Shown: positions 59,826 through 64,000 of the stretch, piece after piece
Layout: each line of letters opens with the position of its first letter
How positions within the stretch are numbered: the first letter of the stretch is position 1
NCBI GenBank assembly: GCA_963813815.1
Contig: CAWFAD010000012.1
Location: forward strand, 32,001 to 96,000
DNA from: an uncultured bacterium
Lineage (GTDB): Bacteria; Krumholzibacteriota; Krumholzibacteriia; Krumholzibacteriales; Krumholzibacteriaceae
Length of the DNA: 64,000 nt
Reading direction: 5' to 3'
Program-made: the position numbers and the translations under genes
Notes under the pieces: generated by a model
Told to the model about the DNA's origin: nothing
What the model saw: the letters and a program-made list of their open reading frames with translations, nothing else
The model's database searches: none

Positions 59826-61334
59826 CTATTTCATCTTCGGAAGCTTCACGAGCCCCTTCTTCTGCAGGAGCTGGAACTTGCTGCGGGACTCCGTGATCAT
59901 CCTGTCGGCCTTGCTGATGAGCTGGTCCCAGGTGAGGTCGATGCGCGCCACGCCCTGCTCGACCGCCTTGCGGCCCACGGCCGCCGCCTCGCGCGGATAG
60001 ACCTCCACTTCGTCCATCGTCGGGATGAGGTAATCCTCGCGAAGCCCCTTGTCCTCGGCGACGCGCGCGAGCTCGCGGGCGGCCGCGATGCACATCTCGT
60101 CGGTGATCGTGCGGGCCATAACGTCGAGCGTTCCGCGGAAGATGCCCGGGAAACCGAGGGAGTTGTTGACCTGGTTCGGGAAGTCGCTACGGCCGGTGGC
60201 GACGACCCTCGCGCCCGCCTCCTTCGCCTCCCACGGCCAGATCTCGGGGATCGGGTTGGCGCAGACGAACACGATCGCGTCCTTCGCCATCCGCGCGATC
60301 CATTCCTTTTTGATCGTGTCGGGGCCCTGCTTCGAAAGGGCGATGAGCACGTCGGCCCCCTCGATCGCGCGCGGCACGTCTCCCGTTCTCCCCTCGCCGT
60401 TCGTCTTCTGCGCCATCTCCCATTTCTCTTTCCAATCCTGCTTGAGCTCCTCCTCGCGGCCGAGGTGGAGGATCCCCTTGCTGTCGCACATGATGACGTT
60501 CTTCGGCGAAACGCCGGCGAGCATGATCATGCGGGCGATGCAGATGTTCGCGGCCCCCGCGCCCACCATCGTCACCTTGACCTTCGAGATATCCTTGCCG
60601 ACGATCTTCACCGCGTTGATGAGACCCGCTACGGTAACTGCGGCCGTGCCCTGCTGGTCGTCGTGCCACACGGGGATGCGGCATTCGCGCCGGAGCGTAT
60701 CGAGAACGCGGAAGCACTTGGGCTGCGAAATATCCTCGAGGTTGATGCCGCCGAAGGAGGGCTGCAGGAGCTTCACGAACTCGATGAGCTTGTCCGGGTC
60801 CTTCGTATCGACGCAGATCGGGAAGGCGTCGACCCCGCCGAGATACTTGAAGAGCATCCCCTTGCCCTCCATGACCGGCAGGCCCGCCTCGGGACCGATG
60901 TCGCCGAGTCCGAGAACGCGCGTGCCGTCCGAGACCACGGCGACGAAGTTCCCCTTGTTCGTGTGCTCGAAAACCTTTTCGGGGTTATCGCGGATATCGA
61001 GGCACGGCTTCGCGACTCCGGGGGTGTACCAGATCGCGAAATCGTCGAAGCTGCGGATGCAGGCCTTCGGCATGATCTCGATCTTCCCCTTGTAGAAGGG
61101 GTGCATGATCATGGCGTCGATCCCGGGCTGCTTGGCCTTCTCGACGAGCTCTTCCTTCGTGACTGGTTTCATGATCTTCGGAGCGGGCTTTTTCGGCGCC
61201 GCTTTCCGCGGGGCCGGTTTCTTGGCGGGCTTCGCCGCCTTTTTCGCGGCCTTCTTCGGGGACTTCTTCACGGCCTTTTTCGGCGTTTTCTTCGCCGGCT
61301 TTTTCTTCGAGGCCTTCGCCTTCTTCGGGCTCAT
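59826..61334 (-). CDS. NAD(P)-dependent malic enzyme with N-terminal Lys/Ala/Pro-rich extension
   Basis: WYTPGVA, VSDGTRVLGLGDIG, VMEGK, INLEDI, HDDQQGTA, GAGAA, ATGRSDFPNQVNNSLGFPG. Confidence 0.94.
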   Translation of the reverse strand: MSPKKAKASKKKPAKKTPKKAVKKSPKKAAKKAAKPAKKPAPRKAAPKKPAPKIMKPVTKEELVEKAKQPGIDAMIMHPFYKGKIEIMPKACIRSFDDFAIWYTPGVAKPCLDIRDNPEKVFEHTNKGNFVAVVSDGTRVLGLGDIGPEAGLPVMEGKGMLFKYLGGVDAFPICVDTKDPDKLIEFVKLLQPSFGGINLEDISQPKCFRVLDTLRRECRIPVWHDDQQGTAAVTVAGLINAVKIVGKDISKVKVTMVGAGAANICIARMIMLAGVSPKNVIMCDSKGILHLGREEELKQDWKEKWEMAQKTNGEGRTGDVPRAIEGADVLIALSKQGPDTIKKEWIARMAKDAIVFVCANPIPEIWPWEAKEAGARVVATGRSDFPNQVNNSLGFPGIFRGTLDVMARTITDEMCIAAARELARVAEDKGLREDYLIPTMDEVEVYPREAAAVGRKAVEQGVARIDLTWDQLISKADRMITESRSKFQLLQKKGLVKLPKMK

Positions 61335-61401
61335 CGATCTACCTCCCGGGGTCAATCCCGACTTCGGAACGCTCGCCGCTCCATATCCGATTCGAACGCT
61401 A

Positions 61402-61950
61402 TTATTTCTCGAGGAGCTCCGCCGCGGCCTTCAGCCCCTCGTCGAACGCCTTCATGTTGAGCTCTTCGGTCCCTTTCGGCACGCGGGCGAGAATGGCCTT
61501 GCGGACCGATTCCTCGGACGCGGCCTGCGAGATTTTCGTGAGAATCCCGAGGGCAACGATGTTCGTCACGACCGCCTTGCCGACCTTCTTCAGCGCGATC
61601 TCGGTGATCGGCGCCTCGTAGAGCCGGTAGTCTCCCTTCGGCAGCTCCTTGACGAGCCCCGAATCGACGATGAGAACGCCGCCGGCCTTGAGGTCCCCGC
61701 TGTACTTCGTGCACGAGACCTGCGTGAGCGCGAGCAGCAGATCGAGGTTCAGCACCTTCGGATAATCGATGTCGCCGTCGCTCGTGACGACCTCGGCCTT
61801 GCTCGCCCCGCCGCGCGCCTCGGGGCCGTAGCTCTGCGTCTGCACGGCGTTGCGCCCGTCGTATATCACGACCGCCTCCGCCAGGATCTTGCCCGCGAGG
61901 ATGAGCCCCTGCCCGCCGGAGCCGCTCAGCCTCATTTCATATCTGTCCAT
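61402..61950 (-). CDS. korC: 2-oxoacid (2-oxoglutarate-type):ferredoxin oxidoreductase gamma subunit
   Basis: SGSGGQGLI, QSYGPEARGGAS, NIVALG. Confidence 0.85.
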   Translation of the reverse strand: MDRYEMRLSGSGGQGLILAGKILAEAVVIYDGRNAVQTQSYGPEARGGASKAEVVTSDGDIDYPKVLNLDLLLALTQVSCTKYSGDLKAGGVLIVDSGLVKELPKGDYRLYEAPITEIALKKVGKAVVTNIVALGILTKISQAASEESVRKAILARVPKGTEELNMKAFDEGLKAAAELLEK

Positions 61951-61968
61951 GCGAAGCTCCTGTTTCCG

Positions 61969-62793
61969 TCAGTCCTTCGATTTCTCGGTTTTCAGCCTTT
62001 GGATGAGCTTGTCGTACTCGGCGCAGAACTCCGGTTTCTCGACGTCCCACAGGACTCCGGACGCGATCTTGCCCACGCGCTCGTCCTCGGCCATCTTGTC
62101 GAGCTTGTCCTTCGTAACGACGTTGTCCTTGAGCCAGTTCATGAGATCGACGGGGTTGGCGAGCTTGTTCCGCCGCCCGTACGCCGTCGGACACGGCGAG
62201 AGGATCTCGACCACGGAGAATCCCTTCTTCGAGAGCGCCGCCGTGATGAGCTTGTCGAGCTGCTGGACGTGGTACACGTCGCCGAGCGCCACGAACGAGG
62301 CCCCCGCCGCCTGCGCGAGCCCCGCGATGTTGAACGACGGCTCGAGGTTCCCGAACGGCGCCGTCGAAGCGTTCTTGCCGCGCGGGGTCGTCGGGGACAC
62401 CTGCCCTCCCGTCATCCCGTAGATGAAGTTGTTGTAGAGGAGCACCGTGAGATCGATGTTGCGTCTCGCCGCATGGATGTAATGGTTCCCGCCGATGGCG
62501 GTCGCGTCCCCGTCCCCCGTCACGACGATCACGTGGAGCTTCGGGCTGGCGAGCTTTACCCCCGTGGCGAAGGCGATCGCGCGCCCGTGCGTCGTATGCA
62601 GCGTGTTGATATCGATGTATCCGGGAGTGCGGCTCGAGCATCCGATCCCCGACACCATCGCGGTCTCGTCCTTCGGGATCCCGAGCTTCTTGAGGGAGCG
62701 GATGAGCGACTTGAGGACGATCCCGTCCCCGCACCCCGAGCACCAGATATGAGGCAGGTTCCGCTCGCGCACGTATTCGAGGTAGTTGAACAT
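61969..62793 (-). CDS. korB: 2-oxoacid:ferredoxin oxidoreductase beta subunit
   Basis: PHIWCSGCG, SGIGCS, HTTHGRA, GDGDATAIGGNH, YGMTGGQ. Confidence 0.88.
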   Translation of the reverse strand: MFNYLEYVRERNLPHIWCSGCGDGIVLKSLIRSLKKLGIPKDETAMVSGIGCSSRTPGYIDINTLHTTHGRAIAFATGVKLASPKLHVIVVTGDGDATAIGGNHYIHAARRNIDLTVLLYNNFIYGMTGGQVSPTTPRGKNASTAPFGNLEPSFNIAGLAQAAGASFVALGDVYHVQQLDKLITAALSKKGFSVVEILSPCPTAYGRRNKLANPVDLMNWLKDNVVTKDKLDKMAEDERVGKIASGVLWDVEKPEFCAEYDKLIQRLKTEKSKD

Positions 62794-62795
62794 CG

Positions 62796-63942
62796 TCAGA
62801 ACGCCTCCTTGACGGCGTCGACGATCTGTTTCGGGGTGATCGGGTCTCCATCGACGCGGTTCACCCGCCTGATTTCGGCGCGGCATTTCGCCGCGAGCTC
62901 GACCTCGCGCGCCATCTGCCCGAGGTTCATTTCGGCGCAGATGAACGCCTTGACCTTCCCCGCGATATCGAGTATCTCCTCCGCCGGGAACGGCCAGATC
63001 GTCGTCGGCTCGAAGAGACCGACCTTGATTCCCGCCTCGCGGCACTCCTTGACGGCACGCTTCGCGGACCGGGCGACCCCGCCGTACGCGAAGACGCAGA
63101 TCTTCGCGTCATCGAGCTCGAACGTCTTCCAGCGCATGATCTTCGCGCGGTGCCGCTCGATCTTGTCGGTGAGGTGCAGGATGTTCGCCTCGATCTTCTT
63201 CGCGTCGTTCGTCGGGAAGCCCGTTTCGTCATGGCAGAGACCGGTCACGTTGTACCGGTATCCCGTGCCGAAATTCGCGAGAACCGGGATGCCGTCCTCG
63301 TTCTTCGCGTACGGGAGATACTTGCCGGGGAGGAACGGACGGCTGCTTGCGATTGACGATCCGGACGCTCGAGTGGTCAGGGAGGTACATCCGCTCCGTC
63401 ATGTGGCCGACGATCTCGTCGAAGAGCAGTATGACGGGGGTCATGTACGTCTCGGCGAGGTTGAACGCCTCGATCGTCTGCTCGAACATCTCTTGCGCCG
63501 AGGATGCGGTGAGGGCGATGACGCCGTGGTCCCCGTGGCTTCCCCACCGGGCCTGCTGCATGTCCATCTGGGCGGGAAGGGTCGGCGTGCCGGTGTCGGG
63601 CCGCCCCGCTGCACGTCGACGACGACGCACGGCACCTCCGCCATGACCGGCGTGCCCGAGATTCTCCTGCTTGAGGCTGAAGCCGGGACCCGAGGTCGCC
63701 GTGAGCGCCTTGGCCCCGGTGAGCGAGGCTCCGATGACGGCGCCCATCGCCGCGATCTCGTCCTCCATCTGGATGAATTTCCCCCCGACCCGCGGAAGCT
63801 TCCTCACGAGGTACTCCGCGATCTCGGAGCTCGGGGTGATCGGATACCCGGCGAAGAAGCGGCAGCCGGCCCAGATCGCCCCTTCGGCGCAGGCGTCGTT
63901 CCCCTGCATCATGACCACCGTGCCGGTCGGACTCTTTGACAA
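62796..63942 (-). CDS. korA: 2-oxoacid:ferredoxin oxidoreductase alpha subunit (three apparent single-base indels)
   Basis: GYPITPSSE, QMEDE, ATSGPGFSL, [MAEVPCVVVDVQRGGP in another frame], ARWGSHGDH, [YNVTGLCHDE...WPFP...EMNLGQ in another frame]; indels near 63649, 63596 and 63328; TTG start after AAGGAG. Confidence 0.85.
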
Positions 63943-64000
63943 CGCCGTCGTCTCCTTTTTCGGGTCGCCCCGCCGCGGGGACGCCCCCATACCCGTCTCG

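Noticed and set aside
63320..63655. Programmed frameshifting or true pseudogenisation of korA
   Set aside because: Three single-base indels, two of them compensating and two in short G/C runs, with no stops in the restored frame and no slippery heptamer; fits sequencing error.
15560..63939. Long antisense ORFs (e.g. 15560..17977, 19557..21851, 30732..32672, 48433..51522, 61105..63939)
   Set aside because: Shadow frames opposite well-supported genes, expected in high-GC DNA; no recognisable motifs.
1..64000. Selenoproteins (in-frame UGA) in this window
   Set aside because: The redox candidates (ArsM, Fe-S subunits, POR/KOR) have ordinary Cys at the expected motifs; no UGA-interrupted gene seen by eye.

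Overview
High-GC bacterial chromosomal window, mostly minus-strand core genes. The rplM-rpsI-rpsB-tsf operon, a secreted protein with an FlgD/T9SS-type C-terminal domain, a PorT-like porin and paralogous membrane Ser/Thr kinases suggest an anaerobic FCB-group organism (Krumholzibacteriota/Latescibacterota-like; inference). It carries translation genes, mtnA-maf-dtd-recJ, RNase P RNA, an outer-membrane channel plus Na+/solute symporter, yqeY-cvpA-mutS2-dnaG-rpoD-tRNA(CAU), the hrcA-grpE-dnaK-dnaJ-rsmE operon with a CIRCE element, tRNA-Sec, glmM-glmS-ridA, acs and two 2-oxoacid:ferredoxin oxidoreductase operons. The most interesting locus is a pyruvate:ferredoxin oxidoreductase operon with a HydABC/NuoEFG-like module that has no catalytic domain of its own, nested between porB and a displaced porC: a candidate electron-bifurcating POR. 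Also notable: an unidentified ~150-nt structured leader/sRNA with a terminator before a zinc-ribbon gene, a malic enzyme with a histone-H1-like N-terminal tail, an HgcC-like/NifX/ArsM operon without hgcAB, and three tandem kinases with near-identical kinase domains but different sensor halves. A ~675-bp foreign tandem-duplicated insert and several single-base frameshifts most likely reflect long-read assembly error. All calls rest on motif recognition by eye; no database searches were run.
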